64,000 nucleotides of DNA from an uncultured Hormoscilla sp. (GCA_963921275.4 OZ001293.3:5312001-5376000), one strand, 5' to 3'. Counted from the first letter of the stretch, positions 31,432 to 43,670 are shown. Numbers and translations are program-made. Notes: a model not told the origin generated them from the letters alone.

Positions 31432-33093
31432 CTACTTCCGGGGTGGGAGATAAGATATGGGGTTAACCGCTCTCGAACCGGATAGATGGATCTCAAAATG
31501 CAGGTGCGGGCCAATGCTGTATCCCGTGCTGCCCATTTCGGCAATTAGATCACCTTGCTCAACTTGCTGGCCCTTGTTTACCAGAATACGGTTATTATGG
31601 GCATAGCGAGTTAAACTGCCATTGGGATGGCGAATCTCAACTAGTTTCCCATAGCCACCACGATTCCAGCCAGCAAATTTTACCTCTCCAGGACCTGCTG
31701 ACACAATCGGCGTCCCGATCGGTCCTGCAATATCAATCCCCTTATGCATCCGTCCCCACCGCCAGCCATAGCGTGAAGTCAAAGTTCCTTTAGCTGGCCA
31801 AATATAGCCATTAAAGGGGGCTGTTCCTTCCGGCAAGTCTCTGTGTGGCCGTGGCGATATGGGGGCCGCTGCCACCGCTTCTGGTTTCTTTGTGTTCCCC
31901 CCTGTCGTCTCCATCCCTGCCGATAGTTCTGGTTGCGACTGTTCGGGCTGTCCAGTGGGCAAAGAGGTCTCATTGTTATCTCTCGAGTTATCCCCAGAAG
32001 TTGCCTGCTTCTGTTGCATTTCCTTGTGCTCTGAGAGCAACCCCCTTATATACCGGTTAAAGGGAATGGTCAGAAGTTGATTAACTTTGATCAGGTCCCC
32101 ATCTGTCAGTTGATTAGCCTGCATCAATTCAGGTATAGAAACATCATACTGACGAGAGATTTCTTCTAGCGTCTCTCCAGCCCGAACCCGATGTCGTTTC
32201 CGGGTCAAGCTGGGGTGGACCTCACGTATCTGTTCTGAACCCAGACCTATCGGAACTACCCTTGGGGTCTCAAGATCGGGCAGGTCCCTGGACCGATCTT
32301 GGGCGTGATATTTTTCCCTTAATCCCTGGACTTCAGCCCTCAAGCCATCCACATATACGGGGTGAACTGAGATCATTTCTGGAATTAACCCAGGTACATT
32401 GGACCCTACTGGCTGGGCAACCATAAATGGCACCATATCGGTGCCATCGGATAGTACAACAGTCGAGGTCAACAACTGGGGCCATTGGCTAGTTGTTGAC
32501 TGGAATTGACCGCTAGTGATGGTTTGATTGACATTGAACCTTTCGTACCCGCTCAGCCGCTCAACTAAACTCGATTCACCAGCCTCTGCTATTTGCGTCA
32601 CCTCAACAGATATTTCCTGGAACTGCGGTTGTGCCCCACCTAGAGACCAGTATTTTTCCGGTGACCACTCAAACTCATGCCCACCCGCATCTAATGAGAA
32701 CCTCCTTGTCACGGCCCCGATCATCGCCTCACTAGCTGGAGTATATGGCCAAGTTGGCGTTTCTGTTGCAGCAGAACCCAAACCTGTCCCGATTTTTCCG
32801 GCACGGTGCGCTGGATCCTTTACCACCGGTTCTGCTGCCATTGCTCTGTCACTCTTTTGGTGCAGAAACAGGCTAGATATGGCGACTAACCCTATTGCAG
32901 CCGCCCCCGAGCCAACCCGACGATTTGTTTCTGGTTGGGTCTGTTTTGATGTACCCTCGCCCGATGTGCGATGCGCAGTGCGTTCCCAGGCTCTGCCTAG
33001 GAACGAGGCGCGCGCATCGCACCTCGGAGCTGCTGGAGCATCCTTAGGGCCATCAACCGACTGACAAACCTTCTGGGGTAATGTTCCTTTCAA
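31432..33093 (-). CDS. LysM plus M23 peptidase (NlpD-like)
   Basis: HRVRAGETL LysM; HKGIDIA, YAH, GPHLHFE. Confidence 0.92.
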   Translation of the reverse strand: MKGTLPQKVCQSVDGPKDAPAAPRCDARASFLGRAWERTAHRTSGEGTSKQTQPETNRRVGSGAAAIGLVAISSLFLHQKSDRAMAAEPVVKDPAHRAGKIGTGLGSAATETPTWPYTPASEAMIGAVTRRFSLDAGGHEFEWSPEKYWSLGGAQPQFQEISVEVTQIAEAGESSLVERLSGYERFNVNQTITSGQFQSTTSQWPQLLTSTVVLSDGTDMVPFMVAQPVGSNVPGLIPEMISVHPVYVDGLRAEVQGLREKYHAQDRSRDLPDLETPRVVPIGLGSEQIREVHPSLTRKRHRVRAGETLEEISRQYDVSIPELMQANQLTDGDLIKVNQLLTIPFNRYIRGLLSEHKEMQQKQATSGDNSRDNNETSLPTGQPEQSQPELSAGMETTGGNTKKPEAVAAAPISPRPHRDLPEGTAPFNGYIWPAKGTLTSRYGWRWGRMHKGIDIAGPIGTPIVSAGPGEVKFAGWNRGGYGKLVEIRHPNGSLTRYAHNNRILVNKGQQVEQGDLIAEMGSTGYSIGPHLHFEIHLSGSRAVNPISYLPPRK

Positions 33094-33459
33094 AGAACGA
33101 CCTCCTAATGGCGAACACTTAACTGTCCTTTCCGAACCTAAGTCCCATGAGATTGCCCTAACTCACCTATAAGTACGATGGCGAGCACATACATGTCTTT
33201 AGGTAACGGTTACAATATCATTTTTATGTGAGTGAAGCAAGGATGATCGCCCGATCGAGTTTTGACTAGCGCCATCACAGCCACTCAACTACCATCTTCG
33301 GGATTTTTATCCTCTGACGGTAAAAGATGATGGTCATATTTTATAGTCGGGATCGCCCAAGCAGAATGTTACCAGAAATACTTTTTGCCCAATGTTCTGC
33401 CATCGTCGGACCCTGACTCTCTGCCATAGATTCTCATCCATCCTCAAGAGAATTAAAAT

Positions 33460-33927
33460 CTATCTTTCGAGATCACCTAATTGACGCCTGGCTTCAAACA
33501 AACCCACGGCGGCGCTGACGGAAAGATTGAGGCTGCGAACCCCTGGCTGGTTCATGGGAATATAGACAGTAGCCGCACAGGCGGCTAATACAGATGGTGC
33601 TAGACCAGTGGTTTCGCTGCCAAACAACAGCCAGTCACCAGGCTGGAATGGGAATTTGACATAGTTATAGCTGCCCGTAGTGCTAAAACCAATCCATCGT
33701 CCCCCTAGCTGCTGCCCGAAGGCGGTAAAGGCTTCGAGAGAACTGTGTTGGTGCAAGTTGACGTAGGGCCAGTAATCTAGACCGGCTCGCTTCAAATGGC
33801 GATCGCTAATCTCAAAACCCAGTGGCCCCACTAAATGCAGTTCCGTGCCAGTTGCAGCACAGGTGCGGGCTATGTTGCCGGTATTGGGTGGAATTTGCGG
33901 TTTAATCAAGACAACCCTCAGCATCAA
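33460..33927 (-). CDS. trmL: tRNA (cytidine/uridine-34-2'-O)-methyltransferase
   Basis: PQIPPNTGNIARTC, KRAGLDYW, FGSETTGL, RSLNLS. Confidence 0.95.
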   Translation of the reverse strand: MMLRVVLIKPQIPPNTGNIARTCAATGTELHLVGPLGFEISDRHLKRAGLDYWPYVNLHQHSSLEAFTAFGQQLGGRWIGFSTTGSYNYVKFPFQPGDWLLFGSETTGLAPSVLAACAATVYIPMNQPGVRSLNLSVSAAVGLFEARRQLGDLER

Positions 33928-34229
33928 ACGCTTATTTAACTTTGTTTAGGCAACCTCTGATTGTATCCGGAGAAAACGGCTACATATTTATTTTTTTTTA
34001 ATATCTGGTAGCCAGAGAAAATTGATTAGATATTCCGATCGTGGTTAGTGGTCACTGGTCATCAGCATTTGTATTATGAGTAAATTTTGTATTATCCGGT
34101 AAAAAAGGGAGATGGGTGAAAATTTTCCTCTCTCCCTTAAGTAGCAGGACATAATTATTTTCAGATTTTCCTAGGGAGTAAAAAAGGCTATAGCCCTTAC
34201 TGGGTGGGCATTTTACGCTCTCTGGTATC

Positions 34230-34264
34230 AACTACGAACTACGAACTACGAACTACGAACTACT
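34230..34264. repeat. Heptamer tandem repeat (AACTACG)x5
   Basis: Read directly. Confidence 0.85.
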
Positions 34265-34316
34265 TATCCCCTCGGAACCAGGTGGGTGAGTAAGTAATGC
34301 TGATTTTTAAGTTATG

Positions 34317-35467
34317 TTAAGCAACCAGGGCATGGCACAAATTATCAGAGAGTTCTTGTTCTCGCAACTGAGTGGCAACAATCGCTTGCTTGATGATACT
34401 GCGGGTTGTCAACCCCCTAGGTCGCAGTTTTAACCATCGCTGGGCTTCGTTGCCTTCCCGGAGAATCTTTTGCAGGGGCGAGAGGAAACAGCTAAACCCG
34501 CGTTGCTTGGCATGGGGCCAAACTTCTCGATCGAGTTCCCAGATCCATTCCCGCGCCTGGATGGTGCGACCATCTTGCCAATGTAACAGTTGAGCGTCCA
34601 GACTGTGGCGTGCTGCTGCTGCTTCATTAGCATCGGTGAGGTCGATCAAGTCGGAGGCACGGGTCGAAGCTGGTAAGGTACTGGCCTCTAGGGGGTCTAA
34701 ACCGGGGTCATTAATCAGTTGCCACAGGCGGGCTTCTAAGAGGGCGGTGATGGCTAGTAAGGCGATCGGGTCTGTGACCAAGTCGCAAATTCTCACTCCA
34801 GACGGTTGAGGTCGTAAGGGCGATGGGCACCGTTGGGTCGCACTGAGGTCCACAGGTGACGGACATTTTGCATTGTACCTGCTTTCAGTTGCGCTTCCAT
34901 CCACTGGATATGGTGGGCATGGCTGGTAAACAGGGGCACATGTTCTGGTGTTTTGGGGAAAACTTGCCAGCGAGTCGAGTGAGAACCGGTCGCCAGACCG
35001 TCAATAAACGGCGATGAGGCACTCAGGGCCAGATATAGGGGCGCTTCTACCCGTACCAGGCGACAGGCCCGCATGAGTAATTCTCGGTCGCTGATGCCTA
35101 TGTTGATATGAATGCTGGCGGTGACTACTTTCGTGCCGTAGGTTTGTTCGATGTAGCTGTGGTAGGGGTTGTTCGGGTCGGAACGACTGAAGTGATCGCT
35201 GCCCCCCAAGCACAAGGTACTCCCAGGAATTAGGGTGTAATCACCCAGACTCTTGATATAGTTTCGCAGCCGCCTCCGGGGTTGCAGCAACTCACACAAC
35301 AATGCATCATAGCGGCACAAGGGGGCTGTCGTGTATTCTACATTACGGCTGTCTGGTTCCCGTACAAACCCATCTAGTGCGGCCACAATCTTGTCAGAGA
35401 GTCCGACTATATCACCTTCTGGCGTGCCTGTGTACATTTCTACCTCGAAGCCTTTTGATAGCAGCAT
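34317..35467 (-). pseudogene. gshA: Cyanobacterial glutamate-cysteine ligase with a one-base frameshift near 34795
   Basis: KGFEVEMYTG, EPDSRNVEY, RHLWTSVRPNG...NRLE / RICDLVTDP in the next frame. Confidence 0.88.
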
Positions 35468-35900
35468 GGCAATTATTTTCAACCCTCTTGAGTTCTCTTC
35501 TGCTCTTTCTATTATCTGCGATCCTGACCCGACTGTGTCTATTCTTTTTTTGCTTGTTGGCCAAAGCCCTGATTGTTTGATAACACATTTTTAATAATTT
35601 GTCAAGCTATATTGTACTCTTGTTGTATCTGGACAAAGGTGCATTGGCAGCAGCAAGCTCATCAAGTATGAAAGACTGATGATATTGCTGTGTACGTTGA
35701 CAGGCATGAGACGATAGTATATTATTTATAAAGGGACACGGGATCCTCCCATCAAAAGCAATTGTTTTTGAGAATAAAAAATGTCAAATTTAACTGTTGA
35801 TATGCCAAGGTATTTATTATTGTGCAGCGCGACAATATGAAGATGCTTTATAATTAGAAGCAGCATTAAAAGAAACAAATTGTATAGTTATTTGGCGATT

Positions 35901-36278
35901 ATGGCAGATTTAAGCGGTAGTTGGCTGGGAACATACTGGCAAAGAGAAAAGCCTACCAGATTTGAAGCCACTCTCCTTCAAAGTGGAAACGCCTTGAGTG
36001 GCAATATCTTGGATGACGGTCCCTTAGGGGAAGCTTTGTTAAGCGGTGAAGCGATCGGACGCCGCGTCAGCTTTGCTAAGCGCTAGCTGGGTGCTGGTAG
36101 TGAGTCGATCAGTTATACTGGTGTTGTCAATGAAGATGAAAATTATATGCCGGGACAGTGGCAAGTTGGAGATTATGATTCTGGACCCTGGGAAGCTCAT
36201 CGCAGTGGATCTAACCTGACTGTGGAATTTGCACAAAGTAAAAGCAAGCGAGAACTTGTCGGGGTTGGCAGGGTTTAA
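35901..36278 (+). pseudogene. Hypothetical protein with one in-frame TAG at 36084
   Basis: MADLSGSWLGTYWQ...FAKR*LGAG...GQWQVGDYDSGPWEAHRS continues in frame. Confidence 0.7.
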
Positions 36279-36454
36279 ACGGGATAAGAAACCCTGTTTT
36301 TCGGAAAAACCAGGGTTTTTGGCCTACAATCTGATTTTTCCGGCACGGTGGGCAATGCTACTTTACAGAGTTATTGCAACAGGTGTAATATGTGAGTTGT
36401 AACCGACTATAAACAGATAATAATATTATCAAAGAGAGGGGTGCAAGATATGAG

Positions 36455-37171
36455 TTATTTTTGGGGAACGGTAAAAAATAACTTCTCCAAAAATTGGCTA
36501 AGACCTACTTGTTTTACTTCCCCTGCTCTCTGCTCCCTAGATTCTCCGGGATTGGTAATTTTTTGATTTGGAAGTACCTTGGGCTCGGGACACCCTAGGC
36601 TTGCTCGCGTCGATACTCCGGTGACTGGATTGACTCCCGAGGCCCGATCGCACATTAACTTGACCTGATAGCGGTCAATAAATGCATTAGAAAAATCAGC
36701 GCCCGTGATAGTTGCCTTCACAAAAATGCTGCTGCTGAGCATGGCATCGGTGAAAATGGCGTTGGTCAAATTAGCACCATAAAATGAAACCCGATCGGCA
36801 AAGGTATCTGTCAGGTTGGCTCCGGTTAAGTCAGCCTGGATAAAAGAGCCTTTGGTAAGAATCGTTCTCTGGAGATTGGCGCCGCGAAAGTTGGCTCTGT
36901 ACATATCAGCTCCAGCCAATGAGGTTCCTGACAAGTTACTTTGGGAAAAATCCCGATACTGGAGGTCGGCAAGGGTGTAGTTAACAGTATTTTCCTGTGC
37001 TAGAGTCGGGCGGGCATCTACAATTATTCCAGTTACGACCAGCAACAGGATAGTCAAGATGGCGATCGGATTAGGTAGCGAAGTTTTCTGGTTTGGCTTT
37101 CTGACCATATCAATCCTTGTCTTCAACGGGAGCCTATTCATGATATCATAGTCCGGCGAGCATGACAACAT
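36455..37171 (-). CDS. Pentapeptide-repeat protein, exported (start uncertain)
   Basis: A(D/N)Lxx repeats, C-terminal GVNPVTGVSTRASLGC. Confidence 0.9.
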   Translation of the reverse strand: MLSCSPDYDIMNRLPLKTRIDMVRKPNQKTSLPNPIAILTILLLVVTGIIVDARPTLAQENTVNYTLADLQYRDFSQSNLSGTSLAGADMYRANFRGANLQRTILTKGSFIQADLTGANLTDTFADRVSFYGANLTNAIFTDAMLSSSIFVKATITGADFSNAFIDRYQVKLMCDRASGVNPVTGVSTRASLGCPEPKVLPNQKITNPGESREQRAGEVKQVGLSQFLEKLFFTVPQK

Positions 37172-37185
37172 AGAGCAGAACAGCG

Positions 37186-38148
37186 ATGAGTGGACTAGCA
37201 GCTTTTATTTTTGATGTTGATGGCACTTTGGCGGACACCGAACGGGATGGCCATAGAATAGCGTTTAATCGCGCTTTTGCTGAGGCGGCTCTAGATTGGC
37301 ATTGGTCGGTAGAACTGTATGGCAAATTGCTGGCAATCTCTGGTGGCAAAGAACGTATTCGCTTTTACTTGCAACAGCTTAACCCCCACCCCCACCCCCA
37401 CCTTGCGTTCCCAGGTAGAGCCAGGGAACGAGGGTGGGGCTACGAGAACATTGCCCGCCTGCGCGGGCTTAACCCTCACCCTCACCCCCACCTGGCGTTC
37501 CCAGGCAGAGCCAGGGAACGAGGGTGGGGCTACGAGAACATTGCCTGCCTGCGCGGGCTGAGTGGGGGCGATAATTTGGGAAAAGGGGATTCTCCAGACG
37601 ACCTGGATGAGTTTATTGCTGACTTACATGCAGCTAAAATTAAGCATTACCAACAATTGCTGGCTTTTGGAGCTATTCCTTTGCGCCCTGGGGTCCGGCG
37701 ATTGTTAGATGAGGCCAGAACACAAGCAGTTAGGTTGGCGATCGCCACTACCAGTGCTTTACCTAATGCCACGGCCTTATTAGAACAGACTCTCGATCCA
37801 TCTTGGTTTGAGGTAATTGCCGCAGGTGATATAGTCCCTGCTAAAAAGCCAGCCCCCGATATCTATGAATATGTGTTGGCAAAGATGGGTTTGACCGCAG
37901 GGGAATGTTTGGTGTTTGAAGACTCCCAACCTGGTCTGCAAGCGGCCCATCAAGCTGGCTTAAAAACAGTGGTTACTGTCAATGATTATATTCAGGGTCA
38001 AGATTTTACCGATGCTATACTACTATTGAATCATCTGGGAGAACCCGAACAACCTTTTACTGTTCTTGCTGGAGAGGTGCCAGATGATTCCAGCTATCTG
38101 GATATGGCATTGGTGCGTCATCTGCATAGTGCTTTCTATGTTTTATAG
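37186..38148 (+). CDS. cbbY: CbbY-like HAD hydrolase with an in-frame 2 x 90-bp repeat insertion
   Basis: FDVDGTLADTERDGHR, GGKER, KKPAPDIY, FEDS. Confidence 0.88.
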   Translation: MSGLAAFIFDVDGTLADTERDGHRIAFNRAFAEAALDWHWSVELYGKLLAISGGKERIRFYLQQLNPHPHPHLAFPGRARERGWGYENIARLRGLNPHPHPHLAFPGRARERGWGYENIACLRGLSGGDNLGKGDSPDDLDEFIADLHAAKIKHYQQLLAFGAIPLRPGVRRLLDEARTQAVRLAIATTSALPNATALLEQTLDPSWFEVIAAGDIVPAKKPAPDIYEYVLAKMGLTAGECLVFEDSQPGLQAAHQAGLKTVVTVNDYIQGQDFTDAILLLNHLGEPEQPFTVLAGEVPDDSSYLDMALVRHLHSAFYVL

Positions 38149-38341
38149 GGCGATCTGGCTTGCTGCTGTTGTACCGTTCCGGAAAAATCGGAACTCATCA
38201 AGTTCAGATCGGCAAGCAGAAGTTTCTAGATCGATGGATTAATCATCAGCGTACCTCGCTGTTCACAGTCGCCTCTCCTATTTTAGCATCTGGACAGAAT
38301 AAGCGATTGCGATGACAGTTGCTTGCCTATCCAGATATGAG

Positions 38342-39950
38342 CTACCGTGGTCCCGATCGAACCATGTTCAGTCCATACAGATACAGTTCAGCTACATTAT
38401 AAACACGAGGGGGAGGATCTTTAGGACGCGAACGTTCCTTGAAAATACCAGCGTCAATCATAGACCTGATTTGAAGAGTTAGATTGCTATCCTCCATGTT
38501 CCATATTCTTTCCAGTTGAGTTTCGTCAATAGGAGAGCGTTGTTCCTGGAGTTTATCTAGCAATTCAACAAGTTCAGGATATTCGTTACGCACCTCTGCC
38601 ACACGCTGCTTGGAAACCTCTGGAAAAGCATCTATCAATGCCCGAGGACGCAAAATTCGCTCATAATATTCTGTTGAATAATCTTTCTCGATTTTGATCG
38701 CCTCCTCTAGTAGCAAGATTAGGCTTCGCGGGAAACGATTCTCTTGACTGTCAGCAGTTCGTTTGCGAACCCAGTTGTATGTATAAGCAGCCTTCCCACG
38801 ACCCATTCGCTCGCCCCATAAATAATACAGGCTTTTCCGCAATTGCTCTAAGCCAATTTTATCGAGTAGCTCTACCTTCATTCCTAACTCCTGGTTTAAA
38901 GCTTGGCTCAGACTATCAGAACTATTTAAAGCTTGGCGTAGCACCAGTCTCCAGAGGTCGGCTTCCTCCCAGCGCAGTTGGATCGACCTGCCGCTATAAT
39001 GTCCTTTATTTGTAAAGTTGAGCTGGTTCCAGATATCCTCTCGTAAAAATATCTTAGGCACAATATACTTTAGACTCGTCCCGCTTTCTAACCACCATTC
39101 AAGCAAAGCTTCTAGTGCTTTCTTTCGTCTCTCATAGTCTATTTTAGTGGAACCAAAGCCAGCATCTAGTTCATCGTAAAGAAGCCACACATGCCGATCG
39201 CGCTCTCGCAACCAGCGGTCAATATCTCGTAATTCATCACCAGCTTTTGAAAGAGCTTGTGGAGATTGAGTCCGCTGAACCAACCACGAGACTATTGGAG
39301 TATGTGAGGGACTATCTGGAATGCTCAATTTCACCAACTCCTTATCCAAAACAGGGAGCGAACGTAACTCTGGCTGAGCATGGCACAGTTGCAAGAGAGC
39401 ATAATTTAACCAGAAATATTTCCAGCTATTGTCACCTACCTGTTGTTCGTAACTAGCGAGATCGCTACCTCCTATAACTGGACCTGAAAGTCTCGGTTGG
39501 CCGTGTCCTGCAATAAAATCAACATTTGTTAAATATACATGATATCTAGCCAATTCTCTGGCTTCTTTTGCCTGTTCAACAAACAGTCTAAATAACAAAC
39601 TTTTCCCAGTTTCCTTGGCTCCTCTTATGAGCCAATTATTATTACTTAAAAACTCTGGAAAATCATCCGTGCGTTGGAATATTTTAGGTATTTTTTCAGC
39701 TGCTAGTTGCTGTGCTGTTGCCGCCTCAAACCGCAATTCCTGCAAAAAAATTTGACGGGTTTTCAGACTTGTAGTTGGTGCGCTAGTTTTAATGTCAGGC
39801 AAACTAGGATCAATGGCATCGGCAATTGGCAGATAATCATTGAGCAAATTTTTGGGTACATCCTTGACCAGACTGGACAAAGTTGTAATGTTGGGGTTGT
39901 AAGGCACCTCGTAGTGAAGTTCACCAACTGTTGTTCCACTAGGCACGCCC
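38342..39950 (-). pseudogene. P-loop ATPase (Sll1717-like), apparently lacking its N-terminal part
   Basis: GAKETGKS Walker A-like, LLYDELD Walker B, FLREDIW; no convincing start, abuts the truncated chelatase. Confidence 0.65.
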
Positions 39951-41968
39951 CAGTTTTCCTCGCCCATTCGCTTCTAACATCCGACCCACGATATTCCGAA
40001 ATGCCTCCGGGTTCGCTTCTCGCAGTTTCTCCGCCATCTTCGCATCTAATGCATAGGTCTCTGCTGCTTGGTCGTACACCCAAGTATCCGTGAAATTCGC
40101 TGTCCCCCCCCAACCAATTAATGCTGTCATTCGCTGGGATATCTCATAGGTACCTCCCGAACCTTGATCTGCCATTGCTTCTGCCCATTTCGGATTTAGC
40201 AATTTGGTTCGATATTCCATCCTCAGCACATCTCCTAAGTTCCGGGGTGTCGTATCTTTGGAGAAACTTTCCACAAAGCTGGCATTCACTTTTTGGCCCC
40301 GCTGTTTCTCTGCTGCTTGTTTTAATCCTCCCGTGTTCGCGTAATATTCCTGTATGTCTGTCAGGCCATATTCCACTGAGTCGATTTCTTGGATGATGCG
40401 ATCGGTCGTCTGCAATAGCTGGGTAAAAATTTCCTGTCTCGCTTCCCCTTTGTCTTTTCTGCCATAACTGAAGCGGTTCCGCCCCGCCCATGTATCCCCT
40501 AACTCCTCCCCTGTTTCCCAGTTCCCGTCTACTACCCGATCGTTCACTAGGGAACCAAAATCTCCTGCTAGATTAGAAAACAGTCTCGCTGCTGCATTTT
40601 CTACACCTTGCTTTTGCAAAGCTAACGCATGTTTGCGGATAAAGTTCATCTCTTCTGGTTCCTCGGCATCCGCCGCCCTTTGGAACAAGTCGTCCAGCAA
40701 TTCAATGATATTCGCAAAGCTGTCTCGGAAGATCCCTGAAAGGTTGCCTAAAACATCAATCCGGGGATGAGTTAACTCGGTAATGGGTTTTAATTCATAG
40801 CGGACTATCCGCCCGGTTCCTTCTTTCACTGGAGAGGCCCCTACTAATTCTAGCAGAATCCCGATCGACTCTCTCTTGGTCTTGATCGCATCTAACCCCC
40901 ACAGCATCACTGCTACGGTTTCGGGATATTTTCCCTCTTCCTGAAGATGCTGGGCGAGGATCTTTTGGCCAATCTCTCGCCCCCGATCGCACGCAGCAGG
41001 TGAGGGCATGCAATCGGGGTCTAAGGCATGAATATTGCGACCTGTGGGCAATACTCCCGGACCATCCCGCAATAGATCTCCACCTGGGGCTGCGGGGATA
41101 TACTCGCCGTTCAATCCTCGCAGCAGGTTGGTTAATTCATCTGGGGTTTGCATTAATAATTCGCGAATTGCTGATGATGATGTCTCGGGTTCATCGCCCA
41201 AATAAGCCTCCAGATAGGATGTCATTTCCTCTTCATCAGGTGCTTTTCCCAATATATGCAACCCCGAGGAAAACAGCCGTTTTTCCATTATTTGTAGGTA
41301 TTCGTATATTTTGACAAAATAGCGGTTTAATGCTTCAGCACTAAACATTCGAGCATTCTCAGATGTAAAGGCAATGCCTAATTTTTTGGCGTCCTCGAAG
41401 GGACAGTCGGCATCTAGTCCCGCGTCTACAATTTTCTGACAAATAGCTTCCTTGAGGACGTAATTATTTGCGGGTGCTTCCCGATATTCGGAGATTAAAT
41501 CTCGCAAGGCCAGCAATTCTTTGTATAACCCCGCCCGACCGTAGGGCGGGACATTGTGGGAAATTAGGACCCCATAGCCCCGCCGCTTTGCTAGCATAGA
41601 TTCGGAGGGGTTGTTGGCAGCATAGATATAAAGATGGGGTAAGTCTCCCAGGAGAATGTCCGACCAGGAATAGCCGGTATTTCCTAAAGGCGACCCTGGC
41701 AACCATTCTACCGTGCCGTGCATCCCAAAGTGGACGATCGCATCTGCTTGGTATTCATTTTGCAGCCATTTGTAGAAGGCAGCATATTGGGGATGGGGGG
41801 TCAAGTCCTTTTCAAACATGAGTCGCATGGGGTCCCCGGCAATTCCTAAGGGGGGCTGCACTCCGATCCAAATATTTCCCAACTGCACGCCGCCCAGGTG
41901 AAAGTCATCTCCCAAAGTCTTAATTCCCGTACCCGTAAGGGAATGCCATTGCTTCTCGATGCGGGTGG
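39939..41968 (-). pseudogene. bchH: Magnesium chelatase subunit H / CobN family, C-terminal half only, also missing its last codons
   Basis: HFGMHGTVEWLPG, LPTGRNIHALDP, SGIFRD, KLLNPKW, GRMLEANGRG; the frame begins immediately after the antitoxin stop codon. Confidence 0.85.
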
Positions 41969-42226
41969 TTATACTTCATACTTTGCTCTGATCTCCTCTA
42001 TGCTAACACCCTTACCCTCTCTGAGATCCTTTCGGGCCTGCGCCACCCGAGAGAGGAATTTGGGATTATGTAACAGTAGTTCTTCCCACCAGTCTTCAGG
42101 ATCTTCTAAACCCATTAGAATTCCTACTGCTACTCCTTCGCGAGTGATAATTACATAATCCTTCTGGGCCTGCTGCAAATAACTTGATAAATCTGTTTCA
42201 ACTTCTTCTATTGACACTTGCTTCAC
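41969..42226 (-). CDS. Phd/YefM-family antitoxin
   Basis: LSSYLQQAQKDYVIITREGVAVGIL; GTG start overlaps the toxin stop (GTGA). Confidence 0.8.
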   Translation of the reverse strand: MKQVSIEEVETDLSSYLQQAQKDYVIITREGVAVGILMGLEDPEDWWEELLLHNPKFLSRVAQARKDLREGKGVSIEEIRAKYEV

Positions 42227-42531
42227 TGTTCTTCCCTCCCGTACTCCGATAACCACGTGATTGCTTGAGGCTTTTCTTTAATTGCTATAATTTCTACTGC
42301 TCCCGTGTCTACATTATAGATCACATCGTAGAACACGCGCAAATTATCAATTCGTAACCGGTATTGTGGCCGCTGCATTCGGATCAGACGCTTTATGCGA
42401 CTTTTGCTCACTTTCTCAGGCTCATATCTGAGATGTGTCTCAATTCCATCAAGAACTTTTGCCAGATCGCTTGCTCTGAGTGCTGCTATATCCTTTTCTG
42501 CTGCTGGCGAAAAAATAATCTCGAATCTCAC
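42223..42531 (-). CDS. RelE/ParE-family toxin
   Basis: FSPAAEKDI...YRLRIDNLRVFYDV. Confidence 0.88.
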   Translation of the reverse strand: MRFEIIFSPAAEKDIAALRASDLAKVLDGIETHLRYEPEKVSKSRIKRLIRMQRPQYRLRIDNLRVFYDVIYNVDTGAVEIIAIKEKPQAITWLSEYGREEQ

Positions 42532-42607
42532 AATCGTTACAGTATATCTAACTACCGTTGATGTTTACCTAATTTTAACCAACAAAAGATTGGATCTACG
42601 GTTAGCG

Positions 42608-42849
42608 TCATTCATAAATGCTGTCTCGGCTAAAAGCTCGATCGGATAGACTCGGACTATTTTTAGGAAGTTGCGAGATCCAGGCGCGAAAATCCCTAGC
42701 CCGTTCCTCTGGTGTGGCGCTCAGCCCAAGGGGAGCAACTCTCACTCGACTCCAGTCTGAAATTCTCGCGATGCAATCAAATCAGCAATTATTTTCAGTT
42801 ACTCATCGCTGAGTTTGTCTATTTCTTTCTTCAGTTTTTCTTTGAGCAT
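42608..42849 (-). pseudogene. Antitoxin-like small protein remnant
   Basis: MLKEKLKKEIDKLSDE*LKIIADLI...TPEERARDFRAW...LSDRAFSRDSIYE with stops. Confidence 0.55.
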
Positions 42850-43278
42850 AATTACGGTTCGTCTAACCTCCTCAACCCAACAGTTCCATGATATTCCAAT
42901 CTACTGCCTTTGACAACCCCATATGCCTTCCACATGTTATCCGATACTCAAGAATCGCTCAAACCTATGTATACCAATCGTTTCTACGATCGTTAAGAAT
43001 TATTAAACCTGCCACTCTCGTCCCCGATCGCCGGTTGTAATCCGGGCCTCTCGAACTACCCGATCGCCCTTCCACCCCCATAGTACAGTTCTCTACAGCA
43101 TGACCTTGAAAAATCAGCAAGTTTATGATATATTTCATGATTTTCAGCAGGCGATCGCCCCGATGAGTTTGATAACTGCCATCCTCAACATGATAGCGAT
43201 CGTATACTATTATAGTCTAAGCAAGTGTCATATAAAATACTTGCAATTTGAGTAGAATAGAGAAGGAAGTATATCTAT

Positions 43279-43443
43279 ATGAAAGCCGAGGAACTGAATA
43301 AAAAGTTTGACAACTCTGAAGACGTGCTGGAGTTTTTCGATCTGTCTACTTTCAGACAACCAGGATTAGAAACTAAGCCAGTGAATGGGGTCTTGCATAT
43401 ACGTGCTAGCAGGCGATCGACCCCAAAGCCACCCATGAGGTGA
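43279..43443 (+). pseudogene. BrnA/CopG-like antitoxin N-terminal fragment
   Basis: MKAEELNKKFDNSEDVLEFFDLSTFRQPGLETKPVN, then similarity is lost. Confidence 0.6.
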
Positions 43444-43451
43444 ACTGTCCC

Positions 43452-43670
43452 TTAGCTTCCCAGAACAAACTTAAGAATGATGCCGATCGTGGTAGCCACA
43501 ATCAGGCTAAAGGCTAGATTCACAACCCATTGAGTCCCCTGCCGATAAGCTTCCGCAAGAGCTACTGAACGATCCAGGTGCTCTACTGATTTATCTAAAC
43601 GATCTAGGCGAGTGTTGATCTCATTCAGCTTTTCCAGAATTTGCTCTATGTCTGACTGAGTCATTGTCAA
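43452..43670 (-). CDS. Small coiled-coil plus transmembrane hypothetical protein
   Basis: Heptad LEKL..I..RLD.L and C-terminal WVVNLAFSLIVATT. Confidence 0.6.
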   Translation of the reverse strand: MTMTQSDIEQILEKLNEINTRLDRLDKSVEHLDRSVALAEAYRQGTQWVVNLAFSLIVATTIGIILKFVLGS

